Shown: positions 17,891-27,729, numbered from the stretch's first letter. The stretch: 64,000 nucleotides of DNA from Salinispira sp. (GCA_965602015.1 OZ271918.1:1376001-1440000), one strand, 5' to 3'. Notes: generated from the sequence alone by a model not told the origin. Made by a program: numbers and translations.

Positions 17891-17982
17891 ACAATAATTA
17901 CCGAATGTAATTCGAGAATTTCAGGAAAATCTATTGCCAAAGTCACGTACTTCAGGGTAAATTGAATCACGTTCAAGTTAGC

Positions 17983-18011
17983 TTGACAAAAGGTACAGCT
18001 TCATGTAAGTT
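17983..18011 (+). promoter_or_regulatory. Putative sigma70 promoter of rpmF-acpP-rnc
   Basis: TTGACA-N17-TAAGTT. Confidence 0.5.
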
Positions 18012-18045
18012 CTCTGGAATTAAAGAATAGAGTGAGGATAGTACT

Positions 18046-18234
18046 ATGGCTGTACCAAAGAAACGGGCATCCAAAGCCAGGACCCGTCGCCATCACTCCA
18101 TCAACCGCAAACTTCGTGTTGCGAATCTGGTGGTTTGTGATAACTGCGGCGCGAGCAAGATGCCCCATCGCGTATGTCCTAAATGCGGTTTTTACCGCGG
18201 AAAGCAGGTTATTGAGCCGGATACCCTCTCCTGA
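18046..18234 (+). CDS. rpmF: 50S ribosomal protein L32 (Zn-binding C4 type)
   Basis: MAVPKKRASKAR...CDNCG...HRVCPKCGFYRGK. Confidence 0.96.
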   Translation: MAVPKKRASKARTRRHHSINRKLRVANLVVCDNCGASKMPHRVCPKCGFYRGKQVIEPDTLS

Positions 18235-18333
18235 GAGTGATCCGGCTTGCATGGCCGAACAGTATGCTGCACTTTACTGAGGTGTAGCTGCGGTTCACCG
18301 GCTGCTACACAAACAACACAATGGAGGATTTCC

Positions 18334-18573
18334 ATGGATGAACTGTTCGAGAAGATGAAGAAACTCATCGCCGATAAGCTGGAAGTTGAGGAAAGCAAGA
18401 TTACCCCTGAATCATCGTTCCGTCAGGATCTCGGTGCCGACAGCCTCGACACCTATGAGCTGGTCTACGCCATCGAAGAAGAGATGGGCATCACCATCCC
18501 CGATGAAAAGGCAAACGAATTCGAAACCGTTAAAGACGCTCTCGATTTCATTAAATCCCAACAGAACGGCTGA
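18334..18573 (+). CDS. acpP: Acyl carrier protein
   Basis: DLGADSLDTYELV; SD GGAGG before ATG 18334. Confidence 0.96.
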   Translation: MDELFEKMKKLIADKLEVEESKITPESSFRQDLGADSLDTYELVYAIEEEMGITIPDEKANEFETVKDALDFIKSQQNG

Positions 18574-18575
18574 TA

Positions 18576-19334
18576 ATGGCCTTCCAAAGGGAAGGCGAAG
18601 CTCTGCGGGCTCCGCATGTTTCGCCCGACCGGAAGAAAGAGCTGCAGCTGTTCGAAAAACACGCTGGATTGAGGTTCAGGAGGCATGACCTTCTGAACCT
18701 TGCTTTTTCTCATCGGTCTTTCGCGAACGAACGGGAGGATCCGGTGGCTAATAACGAGAAACTCGAGTTCCTCGGGGATTCGGTTCTCGGCCTGGTTATC
18801 GCTGAATATCTGTACGATTTGCTTCCCGATGAAGAAGAGGGCAGACTGGCAAAGATTAAATCTTTTGTGGTTTCGGAGGAAAGTCTTGCTGATATTGCCC
18901 GCTCGCTCAAGGTTGACGCCTATTTGCTAATCGGTAAAGGAGAGGAATACTCCGGCGGCCGGTCTAAAAAGGCGCTGGTGGCAGACGCCATGGAAGCGAT
19001 TATCGGGGCGTATTTTTTAGATTCGGGTTTTTTGAAGGTCCGAAAGTTCATCCTCAAGTATTTTGTGCCGGAAATTAATAAAGTACTTGAGAATAAACAT
19101 CGCAAAGATTACAAAACTCTTCTGCAGGAGTTTCTGCAAAAGCGGCATCGGATATATCCGAAATATCACCTGGTCAAAAAAACTGGTCCCGATCACGCCA
19201 AGGAATTCTGGATGGAAGTACAGGTCCTCGACCGGCGATATGGTCCCGGCAGGGGCAGGAATAAGAAGGAAGCCGAGAGAAAGGCGGCCAGGCTGGCTTA
19301 TGAAGACCTTACGGCTGCCGACAAATCGCGCTAA
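18576..19334 (+). CDS. rnc: Ribonuclease III
   Basis: NEKLEFLGDSVLG, DAMEAIIGA, dsRBD DYKTLLQE...GPDH...KKEAE. Confidence 0.96.
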   Translation: MAFQREGEALRAPHVSPDRKKELQLFEKHAGLRFRRHDLLNLAFSHRSFANEREDPVANNEKLEFLGDSVLGLVIAEYLYDLLPDEEEGRLAKIKSFVVSEESLADIARSLKVDAYLLIGKGEEYSGGRSKKALVADAMEAIIGAYFLDSGFLKVRKFILKYFVPEINKVLENKHRKDYKTLLQEFLQKRHRIYPKYHLVKKTGPDHAKEFWMEVQVLDRRYGPGRGRNKKEAERKAARLAYEDLTAADKSR

Positions 19335-19344
19335 TAACTTCCGC

Positions 19345-20748
19345 TCATCTATCCTTCAACGGCAAAATTTTCTCGCGGTAAAAGTTTTCCGCCAGGTGGA
19401 GCAAAGCTTCCTGTGTATTCATTTCCGGATCATCAATTACTGTCTCTAAAAGATAGTCTAACACCGTACCCATCTCCCGAGATTTGGGGATGCCGGCTTT
19501 TTCATGCAGTGCATTGCCATTAACCGCCAGATCCCCGATTGTCAATGCTGCCCGGTTTTTGAATTGAAGGGATATTAATTCGCGGAGATCCTCAATCCAC
19601 GGTACCGGAAGGGGAGTGAGAGAATCTGCCGTCGGTTGATCCCAAAACGGTCCCAACTTTCCCGCGAGATCTGCGGTCTTGAGTCTCAAAAGATCAAAAA
19701 CCGCATCGCTCCCGACCCGGTTAATAAATCGGCGGATATGCTTTGCTTCCATGTCCGGGCGGGTTTCGAACATGTGATGACGAATCAGACGACAGACGCT
19801 TTTTTCAACTGCTTTGGGGTATTTCATCCGGGTGAGAATTGCCCCGGCCATTTCTTCGGAAACCCGTTCATGACCGGGAGAGTACTCAGTGCCGTCGGGG
19901 CGTCGGACCGTGGTATGTGGAATCCCAATATCGTGCAGAAGCGCTGCAAGGCGAAGCTCGAGGCTCTCAGACGGACTATAATCACATGCGCAGAGCAGAT
20001 GGCTGTAGAGGTCTCTTTCTTCGGGCATTGAATCCCGGCGCACGTTCCGACAGGCATCGAGTTCCGGTAAAAACATCGAAAGGGCTCCGATTTGCCCTGC
20101 GATCGCAAGTCCGACACTCGGTCTGGGTGACAGAAGGATTTTGTTAAACTCATCCCGTATTCTCTCGACGGACACCGGACTGAGGTAATAAAGACGCTCT
20201 TTCATTGCGGAGATGGTCTGTTCATCAATGCTGAATCCGAGGCTGCTTGCGAAGCGGATGCCGCGAATTATCCGAAGTCCGTCTTCAGAAAATCGGTCAA
20301 GCGGATTTCCCACGGTGCGCACAATTTTGCTTTTTATGTCTCTGCGTCCGAAGTGGGGGTCAAGAAGCTCATGGCTGCGCAGGTTGTAGGCCATGGCGTT
20401 AATGGTAAAATCCCGGCGCTTTAGATCTTCGAAGATGTTTCCGGTGTACTCAACCGAATCCGGTCGGCGGGAATCGCTGTAATCGCCGTCGATGCGAAAG
20501 GTCGTTACCTCATAACTCTTTTTTTTGTATCGCAGCGTGACGGTTCCGTGCTCAATGCCTGTGGGTATCACATGGCGAAACAGGCCAATACTGTCTTCCG
20601 GTTTTGCATCGCTAGCCAAGTCCCAATCTTCAGGGCTCCGTCCGAGGACCATGTTCCTCACAGCGCCACCCACTAAAAACAAGGAAAATCCCCCGCTTCG
20701 AAAGATTTTTTCGATCTCAAACAGATCATCCGGAATTTTTGCTTTCAC
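19345..20748 (-). CDS. cca: CCA tRNA nucleotidyltransferase with HD domain
   Basis: LVGGAVRN, DWD, EDLKRRDFTINAMA, FSEDGLR, SVERIRDE, LLHDIG. Confidence 0.9.
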   Translation of the reverse strand: MKAKIPDDLFEIEKIFRSGGFSLFLVGGAVRNMVLGRSPEDWDLASDAKPEDSIGLFRHVIPTGIEHGTVTLRYKKKSYEVTTFRIDGDYSDSRRPDSVEYTGNIFEDLKRRDFTINAMAYNLRSHELLDPHFGRRDIKSKIVRTVGNPLDRFSEDGLRIIRGIRFASSLGFSIDEQTISAMKERLYYLSPVSVERIRDEFNKILLSPRPSVGLAIAGQIGALSMFLPELDACRNVRRDSMPEERDLYSHLLCACDYSPSESLELRLAALLHDIGIPHTTVRRPDGTEYSPGHERVSEEMAGAILTRMKYPKAVEKSVCRLIRHHMFETRPDMEAKHIRRFINRVGSDAVFDLLRLKTADLAGKLGPFWDQPTADSLTPLPVPWIEDLRELISLQFKNRAALTIGDLAVNGNALHEKAGIPKSREMGTVLDYLLETVIDDPEMNTQEALLHLAENFYREKILPLKDR

Positions 20749-20764
20749 GTAACCAACTATATAT

Positions 20765-20794
20765 AAAAAAACCGGTCCCTTGAAGGGACCGGTT
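20765..20794 (-). terminator. Intrinsic terminator of flaB
   Basis: AACCGGTCCCT-TGA-AGGGACCGGTT followed by T7 on the minus strand. Confidence 0.85.
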
Positions 20795-20815
20795 CTCTGT
20801 TCGGCGTTCTCTTTA

Positions 20816-21688
20816 TTACTGGAGAAGCTGGAGAACAGTCTGGGTCTGCTGGTTTGCCTGCGCCAGCATGGCGTTGGAGCTCTGAACCAGAATCTGATTC
20901 TTTACGAACTCAACCATTTCCGCAGCCATGTCGGTGTCACGAATCTGGCTTTCCGCTGCCTGCAGGTTTTCAGCACCAACTGTTATGCCGGTGCGAGCCA
21001 TTTCCAGCCGGTTCTGATAGGCGCCCAGGTCTGCTCTCTGCTTATTCAGCTTCTGAAGCGCAGTATCTACAACACCGATTACCTGGTTTGCATTGTCGGG
21101 GTTGGAAATGCTGATGAAACTTGCAGAGTGGGGAAGGCCGGCTGTGCCCTGGAGACCGAGACCCTGGGCGGTCATGGTGCCGATAAAGACGCGCTCGCGC
21201 TGATCCATATTGGCGCCGATGTGGAACCACATGCTGCCGGTTACCGCATTGGTACCGGTCTCGGCGGCGAATCGTCCGGTCAGCAGATTCATGCCGTTAA
21301 ACTGGGCATGACTGGCGACCCGGTTAATTTCGTCCACGAGCTGGCTTACCTCGACCTGGATCTGCATTCTGTCCTCGGAGCTGTAGATTCCGTTGGAAGC
21401 CTGAACAGCCAGTTCGCGGATGCGCTGCAGAACATCGCCGGTCGACTGAAGGTAGCCTTCTGTCGTCTGGATGAACGAAATGCCGTCTGCGGCGTTCCGG
21501 TCGGCCTGATTAAGACCGCGGATCTGAGCCCGCATTTTCTCGGAAACCGCAAGGCCCGAAGCATCGTCGCCGGCACGGTTGATCCTCAGGCCGGAAGACA
21601 GTTTTTCGATGCTCTTGTCGACGTCCATCGAGTTGAACTTGTTCTGCCGTTGGGCGAACATAGCGCTGAGATTGTGGTTGATAATCAT
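20816..21688 (-). CDS. flaB: Periplasmic flagellar core protein FlaB (flagellin)
   Basis: MIINHNLSA...[24 protein letters not shown]...[10 protein letters not shown]...[18 protein letters not shown] before ATG 21688. Confidence 0.97.
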   Translation of the reverse strand: MIINHNLSAMFAQRQNKFNSMDVDKSIEKLSSGLRINRAGDDASGLAVSEKMRAQIRGLNQADRNAADGISFIQTTEGYLQSTGDVLQRIRELAVQASNGIYSSEDRMQIQVEVSQLVDEINRVASHAQFNGMNLLTGRFAAETGTNAVTGSMWFHIGANMDQRERVFIGTMTAQGLGLQGTAGLPHSASFISISNPDNANQVIGVVDTALQKLNKQRADLGAYQNRLEMARTGITVGAENLQAAESQIRDTDMAAEMVEFVKNQILVQSSNAMLAQANQQTQTVLQLLQ

Positions 21689-21735
21689 ACAATCCTCCAT
21701 GATTGTTTGAATCTCTCCGCGTTCTGCGGAGAAGG

Positions 21736-21751
21736 CCGACATCCTTGTCGG
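21736..21751 (-). promoter_or_regulatory. CsrA-binding hairpin in the flaB 5' UTR
   Basis: Minus strand CCGACA-AGGA-TGTCGG contains ACAAGGATGT (CsrA consensus) with GGA in the loop. Confidence 0.7.
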
Positions 21752-21766
21752 ACCTGTCTGTTATGT

Positions 21767-21793
21767 ACATCGGAAATCTGCTATCATGCTTTA
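21767..21793 (-). promoter_or_regulatory. sigma28 promoter of flaB
   Basis: Minus strand TAAA-N15-TCCGATGT. Confidence 0.75.
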
Positions 21794-21813
21794 GATCTTT
21801 TTTGGGAAATACT

Positions 21814-22488
21814 GTGAAATCTATCTGCGCCGTTATTACCGGGGGGTTGGCCCCAAAAAAACCTCTCGTTGAAGCCGCCCTGGCATACTGCAACAGAATA
21901 ATTGCCGCCGACAGCGGATATGACCGGGCCCTTGAGTGGAATGTGGAAGTCGATGAAGTGGTCGGCGATTTTGATTCAATGGCTAAGGGAGAAGATTCCC
22001 TGAGAGCCCGGGGGATAAAAACAGTCCGACATCCGGTGGATAAAGATTACAGCGATACCGAACTTGCCCTCTACAGAAGCCGTGACCTGGGTGACTCCCG
22101 TCGTATATTATTTGGCGGCGGGGGAGGCCGTCTCGACCACCTGTTGTCCATCATTGGCATGTTCTCCCGCAGTATTTCTCCTGATCTCTGGCTCAGTTCA
22201 GATTCTGAGATTCTCCCGGCCAGGAAAGGTCTGCTTCGACTCGATGGATTAAGGGACCGGCTCATCAGCATCATGCCCATCAGCCCGCCTCCTTTTTATG
22301 TGTATAGCAACGGTTTGCGCTGGGAATTACAGGATGCCGACTGGAAGGAACTGGGCTGCAGTTTGAGTAATATCGGCCGTTCCGATAGAATCGAGATTGA
22401 AGTTTTTCAGGGGGAGTTCCTGATAGTTTTACCCTATGCCGCCGATGACGTTGTACGCGCCCCATCCATAATCGAGAGCTGGAGATAA
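21814..22488 (+). CDS. thiN: Thiamine diphosphokinase
   Basis: IAADSG, VGDFDS, DKDYSDTELAL, GGRLDH, GLRWEL, SLSN; start moved to GTG 21814. Confidence 0.92.
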   Translation: MKSICAVITGGLAPKKPLVEAALAYCNRIIAADSGYDRALEWNVEVDEVVGDFDSMAKGEDSLRARGIKTVRHPVDKDYSDTELALYRSRDLGDSRRILFGGGGGRLDHLLSIIGMFSRSISPDLWLSSDSEILPARKGLLRLDGLRDRLISIMPISPPPFYVYSNGLRWELQDADWKELGCSLSNIGRSDRIEIEVFQGEFLIVLPYAADDVVRAPSIIESWR

Positions 22489-22490
22489 TC

Positions 22491-24350
22491 ATGGCAACTA
22501 AAAGCATCCGCGAACTGGCGCTTGCTCTCAGCGAAAACGAGCGCAAAACCCTTCTCTCGAAAATTCAGAAAAGCCTGCAAATTGATGCTGATGAGGCCGC
22601 CAGCATTTTCCATTCCGCCGGCGACAGCGAAAGCCGAAAGGCCGCTATCCGCGCCGAGAGGCAGCGGATGTCGATCTGGGCCAGAATTCTCTTATTTCTG
22701 AGAAAACTGTTTTCTACTAAAACCGAGGACGAACTGGTTGTGGTAATGAGCCTGGAAAAAATCCTCACCCGGCTTCGCGCCAGAAGCCAGGAGCTGATCC
22801 GGGTTGAAGGCCGCTTTCTCATGCCGGACTTTGCAGAATTGGTGTATACCATGTATTTGAGCCTGCTGCCCCTGTTGAATTTCTTCAGAAAATTCTGGAA
22901 GAACCCCCAGCTTCTTCAAGGTCTTGTGGAGTTTGTATTAGACCGCAAAGTGCCGAATGCAAAATCGAGCATCTTTAGGTTCATCACCTTCGATGAACTT
23001 CAGACTCTTTTCGAAAAGTACGAGAATAAGGATGCAATTAAGCGGGAACTCATCCGTCGAATCGACGGGTATCTGACAGATATTCCCCGGGAAGTGTTCG
23101 TGCAGATCGAGGACGGTATCTTTCCTCTGTACTACTACAAGGAACTGATCTTGTTCCCCTTTGAGGAATTTTTCTCCCGTTTTCAGGTCGATATACTGCG
23201 GGTCGCCGAAGGAGGGGAGGCGAGATTCAAGCCCGCCCGAGCCGACGGTTTGCTCAATGAGCTTGAACACCTGTATTACGCAAGCTATGCTGCCCGTCGG
23301 GCTCAAGCGGTGTCCACCCTCCATGAAGAAGTCTTTGTCTATTTTTCCAATATGAGCGACAAACCCCGGGAAGATGACAGTCCCATGCTCGGGAGCGTTC
23401 ACGATCAGAGCCTCGAACCGCCCCATGAGGATCTCGCGGAGATAGATGACAACCCCGAAAGTCAGAAAAGCTTCGAGGAAGTCTCACTCTTAGGTGCTGA
23501 GCAAAAGCGCATTTTCCGTGATGTCGCCGCCGCCGTCGAGAGCTTTTGGCAAAACTGCAACCTGGGCAATATCATCCGGTTTTTCCGGGGCGACCCGTTT
23601 TACCGCTTTATTGCCTACGCGCCCCGCCTGAATATCAGGGATTTCTACCAGTCCGCACTCCAGCTCAAGGTTCTCGAGGAACTGGATGAGCAATATTCCA
23701 ATGTACGCCAGCAGGTAATCAACCGGAAAAAAAATGACGTGTTCCCCCGGGGAATGCAGGGCTTCGAGTATTACCGCAGGTCCCTTTTATCATCATCGAA
23801 TGTGAAGCTGCCGGTTTTCCGCTACGTGGACAGTTTGACGTCCCTGTATCAGTTTCTTATCTATCGCTTTGAGCGGGACTACCTGGAGACCTTTCGCATC
23901 CTCGCCAGAATTTTGCCCGAGCGCTTCCGGGACCAGGGCTCAAGGCTTATCCTGTCGATTGCCAATATTGAGGAATTGCTCGATCACATACGCAGCTTCG
24001 ACTATAGTTTTTCTCCCTTGTCTGATGACGGTAAGAGTTTTTTCAGGCTGCGCTTCGCGGCGGAAAAAGATATCACCCAGTTAAAGGCCTACAGGACAGT
24101 GGTTTCCCAGAAGGATCGGGAAGTGCGCGAGCTGCTTACCAGGGGTAATGAAGCGTGTAAGAATTTGGAGCGCATCCTCAAACCCCTCCTTGAAGCTCCT
24201 CTGGAGAACATCGACGACAGGTTTCAAAGTCTGAGTTCAGTCGGGGACGGAAGCCTTAAAAAGCGGCTCACCAGGGCGAAGGAAGATCTCACGGCTATTC
24301 AGAAAATCATGTTTTACGAACAGCAGCTTGAGGAAGAGTTGGTTATCTAA
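22491..24350 (+). CDS. Conserved spirochaete protein (DUF5312-like)
   Basis: 619-aa helical ORF beginning LALALSENERKTLLSKI, directly after thiN; family assignment from memory. Confidence 0.6.
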   Translation: MATKSIRELALALSENERKTLLSKIQKSLQIDADEAASIFHSAGDSESRKAAIRAERQRMSIWARILLFLRKLFSTKTEDELVVVMSLEKILTRLRARSQELIRVEGRFLMPDFAELVYTMYLSLLPLLNFFRKFWKNPQLLQGLVEFVLDRKVPNAKSSIFRFITFDELQTLFEKYENKDAIKRELIRRIDGYLTDIPREVFVQIEDGIFPLYYYKELILFPFEEFFSRFQVDILRVAEGGEARFKPARADGLLNELEHLYYASYAARRAQAVSTLHEEVFVYFSNMSDKPREDDSPMLGSVHDQSLEPPHEDLAEIDDNPESQKSFEEVSLLGAEQKRIFRDVAAAVESFWQNCNLGNIIRFFRGDPFYRFIAYAPRLNIRDFYQSALQLKVLEELDEQYSNVRQQVINRKKNDVFPRGMQGFEYYRRSLLSSSNVKLPVFRYVDSLTSLYQFLIYRFERDYLETFRILARILPERFRDQGSRLILSIANIEELLDHIRSFDYSFSPLSDDGKSFFRLRFAAEKDITQLKAYRTVVSQKDREVRELLTRGNEACKNLERILKPLLEAPLENIDDRFQSLSSVGDGSLKKRLTRAKEDLTAIQKIMFYEQQLEEELVI

Positions 24351-24425
24351 TTTTCTATTACGACAGGAGGCATCCCGTATTGAAGTGATAAGCATCGCGC
24401 ACATTTCATCGCCCGCTTGTTTCCT

Positions 24426-24920
24426 TCATTTCCCGGACGAGATGGACGCGAACTCGGAGGCGATTTTATCCCGGGTGTCAAAGGGAGATTCAATCAGCAC
24501 CCTGCGGCCGGCAATAAGATCAGCGATGCCCACTTCGCGCTGGTATCGGGGGATGATGTGAAGGTGGAGGTGGTCAATAGAACCTCCGGCCGCCCCTCCC
24601 ATATTATAGCCCGTGTTATAACCCGCGGGACTCTGTACGCTGTCGAGGACATCAAGAGACAGTGCAGTCAGCCGATGGAGCTCCGCAGCCTCCTCAGGAC
24701 GGAGTTCTCGAATATCCGTTATATGCCGTATTGGGTAGATCAGCAGATGGCCGGGGTTGTATGGATAGAGGTTGACGCTTACGCAGAAAAATTCTCCCCG
24801 GTGCACCGTGAGGTCCACCAGCGATTCGTCCCCTTCGATGAGCCCGCAAAGAATGCATCCCTTATACCGAGGACCCCGCACATAATCGATTTTGTCGAAG
24901 TTCAGGAAATATGAGCTCAT
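24426..24920 (-). CDS. HIT family hydrolase
   Basis: CILC, NLYPYNPGH, AGGSIDHLHLHIIPR. Confidence 0.92.
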   Translation of the reverse strand: MSSYFLNFDKIDYVRGPRYKGCILCGLIEGDESLVDLTVHRGEFFCVSVNLYPYNPGHLLIYPIRHITDIRELRPEEAAELHRLTALSLDVLDSVQSPAGYNTGYNMGGAAGGSIDHLHLHIIPRYQREVGIADLIAGRRVLIESPFDTRDKIASEFASISSGK

Positions 24921-25834
24921 AAATCTCCGCCGGCCGGGGCAGGAAGGGGAATGGAATCCAGAACATCGGCATTCCCCATCAGATTGGCAAACAGCGGCGA
25001 AAGTCCGATGGGATCGCTGCCGGTTTCGCTGATAATACGTAGATAATCCAAGAGCATTGGATTTTCTTCAAGAATTTGCCCGAGCACCATGAGGCTCTCC
25101 CGCTGAACGGTATTTATCAGCTCAATTCGGGCCAGGCTGCCGAGCGCCCGCTCACGTGCAGCTGTTTCGGTGGAGAGCACATCGAGATACCGCTGGCGTG
25201 CAATGGCATAGAGCTCGAGGTCGGGAAAGACTGCGTTCTCCACATAGAGGAAGACAAACTCGATTCTGGGATATTCGCCGCTTAGGTGCTCCTGGAGCTG
25301 ATTCTGGATTGCGGGCAAGGGAAGGGCCATCGGGCCCGCTGCCAATTCGGAAGATCCGGCCAGCTGCGCAATGATTTCCGGCAGCGCAGAAGAAATACTG
25401 GCCCTTATCCGATCTTCCAGGATGTCGAGGTACCCACCCTGGGTTCTCGGACGCAGGCCGTCATGCTCCGCAAGATAGGGCAGATCTTCTCCGCGGATGG
25501 TAAATGCCAGACGGGAACCGAGTTCCCAACTAAAATCAGGATTGTCGGGTACGTAATCTGCATACAGATCGCTGCCCGGCAGGGAGGCGCTGAGCTGGAC
25601 CGAAATGCTTCGCTCTTCTAGGGTAAAATCATACCGGCGAAGGACTGTGGGAAAGATTCCCTGCCAGCGCCAGACGAATTGGCCGGGATAAACCGGCTCG
25701 GCTTCCCATCCATGGGTCTTGGTGAATATTACCCCGATTTCGCTGTCATCAATTTGAATCTGGATCCACCCGAGAAAAAACACCACCGCAGAAACGGTGA
25801 TAAGTATAAACATTGTGATGATAAAACCTTTCAT
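24917..25834 (-). CDS. Membrane-anchored hypothetical protein (SPFH/Band7-like N-terminus)
   Basis: N-terminal TM, GVIFTKTHGW...FVWRW; overlaps the HIT start. Confidence 0.6.
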   Translation of the reverse strand: MKGFIITMFILITVSAVVFFLGWIQIQIDDSEIGVIFTKTHGWEAEPVYPGQFVWRWQGIFPTVLRRYDFTLEERSISVQLSASLPGSDLYADYVPDNPDFSWELGSRLAFTIRGEDLPYLAEHDGLRPRTQGGYLDILEDRIRASISSALPEIIAQLAGSSELAAGPMALPLPAIQNQLQEHLSGEYPRIEFVFLYVENAVFPDLELYAIARQRYLDVLSTETAARERALGSLARIELINTVQRESLMVLGQILEENPMLLDYLRIISETGSDPIGLSPLFANLMGNADVLDSIPLPAPAGGDL

Positions 25835-25899
25835 AATTCGCCCTCAGCACATTACTTGCCCTTACCGAATATTAAAGCATATATTGGGGCCGGTAAACC

Positions 25900-26277
25900 A
25901 TGAAACAGATCCGGGAATACTCCCGCCTGAAAAAAAGTATAGCTCATCATTTCCTTCTCCGCTCGGTGCACCTGCTGGAGTCTTCCAGCATTTTTTTTCT
26001 CAGCATCAGTATTTTGGGATTTCTGCTCTATATTTTGGGTAACTTTCAATCATTTCTTGAAGAAACGCAGCTACGCATTCTGCTCATCGTTCAGATAACG
26101 GGAATAATCGGCTTTGTGGTTTCGCTGTACTATCTGGTTTTTCTCATTGTGTGGATCATCAGGCGCCGGCGGGTTCCCATGTCCCGGGTGGCTTTTTCCT
26201 TGCTTGCCCTGCTGATTAACGTGGCCCTCGCAGGGGGCTCTCTTCTCATTCAGGATCTCAGTCAGGGTTTTGGCTGA
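25900..26277 (+). CDS. Hypothetical membrane protein (about 3 TM)
   Basis: Three hydrophobic segments; GNFQSFLEETQ. Confidence 0.7.
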   Translation: MKQIREYSRLKKSIAHHFLLRSVHLLESSSIFFLSISILGFLLYILGNFQSFLEETQLRILLIVQITGIIGFVVSLYYLVFLIVWIIRRRRVPMSRVAFSLLALLINVALAGGSLLIQDLSQGFG

Positions 26278-26323
26278 CTCCTTGCCGATTAGCGCAACTT
26301 TTATCATATACTGGTATTGAGGA

Positions 26324-26734
26324 ATGTACATGAATACAGATAACCGGATTTGGAGCGTCCGCGGCGCCGTTCAACTGTCCGAACTCACCGGGGACCCCAC
26401 GGAGAAAGAGCGGGACATGATCGAGCGTGTCGGAGAGTTGCTTTTATCCGTTATGGAGCAAAACGGAATCGATGATAACAATGCGGTTCATATATATTTC
26501 AGTCAAACCGAGGACCTGGATTTTCTAAACGCCGCTACGGCAGCCCGCCGCAGTGTTGTAAAAGAGGCGGTTTCACAGATACCGCTTTTTTGCTCATTAG
26601 AACCCCGGTATCCCAACGCTCTGGCACGCACGGTCAGGCTTATGCTGACCTACTATCAGGATAAGGAACACAACCCGGCGCCTGTCTACCTTCATGGCGC
26701 GGAAATCCTGCGAAAGGACTTGTTCGATGGCTAA
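26324..26734 (+). CDS. aroH: Chorismate mutase, AroH class
   Basis: SVRGAVQ, FSQTEDL...NAATAAR, PLFCSLEP, VRLML, VYLHGAEILRKDL. Confidence 0.85.
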   Translation: MYMNTDNRIWSVRGAVQLSELTGDPTEKERDMIERVGELLLSVMEQNGIDDNNAVHIYFSQTEDLDFLNAATAARRSVVKEAVSQIPLFCSLEPRYPNALARTVRLMLTYYQDKEHNPAPVYLHGAEILRKDLFDG

Positions 26735-27521
26735 GGACAGTCCGGTTAAAGCTGAATTCCAGGTTCGGCATCTGGCAAGGACCGCGGAAATCCTCTATCA
26801 GCTCTTTCTGCAGATCAAAGATTTTATGGGGCCGGGAAAAACCGGCCTGCAGATTCAGCAATTTATTCTTAATGAGCTGGCGCAGACTTCTGCGAAACCG
26901 GCGTTACGGGGCTACCGGGGATTTCGTGCCGATGTATCTATCTCGGTAAATGAGGTCGCAGCCCACGGCATCCCTGATGAGAGAAAATTCAAGCCCGGTG
27001 ACCTGGTAACCGTCGATGTGGCCGTTTTGCATGATGGATGGTATGGCGACATGGCATGGACTTTTGGCATACCGCCCCTCAATGTAACCGAGCGCAGATT
27101 GATAAGAGCGGCATGGCAGGCCTGCATCACCGGATGCCTCGCTTTGAAACCCGGAACTCCCATGGGGACTTTGGGCTCTCATGTAATTTCATCGGCCCAG
27201 AGATTGGGGGGGCGGGTTGTCAATCAATTTTGCGGCCACAGCATAGGGCAGGAACTGCACGAGGCCCCGCTGATTCCCTATACCCAGAGGCCGGGATTCG
27301 GCTGGACGGTTCGCACCGGTATGGTTCTCAACATCGAGCCGGTGGTGACCCTGGGAGAACCCCAGGCCCAGCTCAACTACGATGGAATTAGTTACTCTAC
27401 CATAGACAAGATGCCCACCGCACAGTTCGAACTAACCTGTGCGGTAGGAGCCAACGGCATACGGATTTTGAGTCTGCCCGGGCTGCCGGTGAAAAACATG
27501 TTGGAATATCCGCCGTTTTAA
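26727..27521 (+). CDS. map: Methionine aminopeptidase type I
   Basis: SVNEVAAHGIP, VDV...GDMAWT, GHSIGQELHE, NIEP, AQFE. Confidence 0.9.
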   Translation: MAKDSPVKAEFQVRHLARTAEILYQLFLQIKDFMGPGKTGLQIQQFILNELAQTSAKPALRGYRGFRADVSISVNEVAAHGIPDERKFKPGDLVTVDVAVLHDGWYGDMAWTFGIPPLNVTERRLIRAAWQACITGCLALKPGTPMGTLGSHVISSAQRLGGRVVNQFCGHSIGQELHEAPLIPYTQRPGFGWTVRTGMVLNIEPVVTLGEPQAQLNYDGISYSTIDKMPTAQFELTCAVGANGIRILSLPGLPVKNMLEYPPF

Positions 27522-27536
27522 TTTCTCGCTGCAGTG

Positions 27537-27565
27537 TTGACAAAGTGATGCCTGTCCGGTATTTT
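27537..27565 (+). promoter_or_regulatory. sigma70 promoter of the tRNA-Thr/Tyr operon
   Basis: TTGACA-N17-TATTTT. Confidence 0.65.
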
Positions 27566-27593
27566 CTGACCCCATGGCAATTTTGTCATATTT

Positions 27594-27667
27594 GCCGACA
27601 TAGCTCAGCTGGCCAGAGCACGTGACTTGTAATCTCGGGGTCTTCGGTTCGAATCCGAATGTCGGCT
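27594..27667 (+). tRNA. tRNA-Thr(TGT), CCA not encoded
   Basis: Acceptor GCCGACA/TGTCGGC, anticodon loop CTTGTAA, T arm TTCGG-TTCGAAT-CCGAA. Confidence 0.95.
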
Positions 27668-27729
27668 TGTTTTACAACAGGATACTTGCACAATGCAAAA
27701 GCATGTGGTACAAAAACATCCTGTTTTAC

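Noticed and set aside
17962..17986. Overlapping short palindromes (TTGAA/TTCAA, TCAAG/CTTGA) upstream of rpmF
   Set aside because: 5-bp arms in AT-rich DNA are not significant and cannot be assigned to a regulator.
20780..21817. 345-aa ORF antisense to flaB
   Set aside because: Lies almost entirely opposite flagellin and has no motifs; long antisense ORFs are a common codon-bias artefact of flagellin genes.
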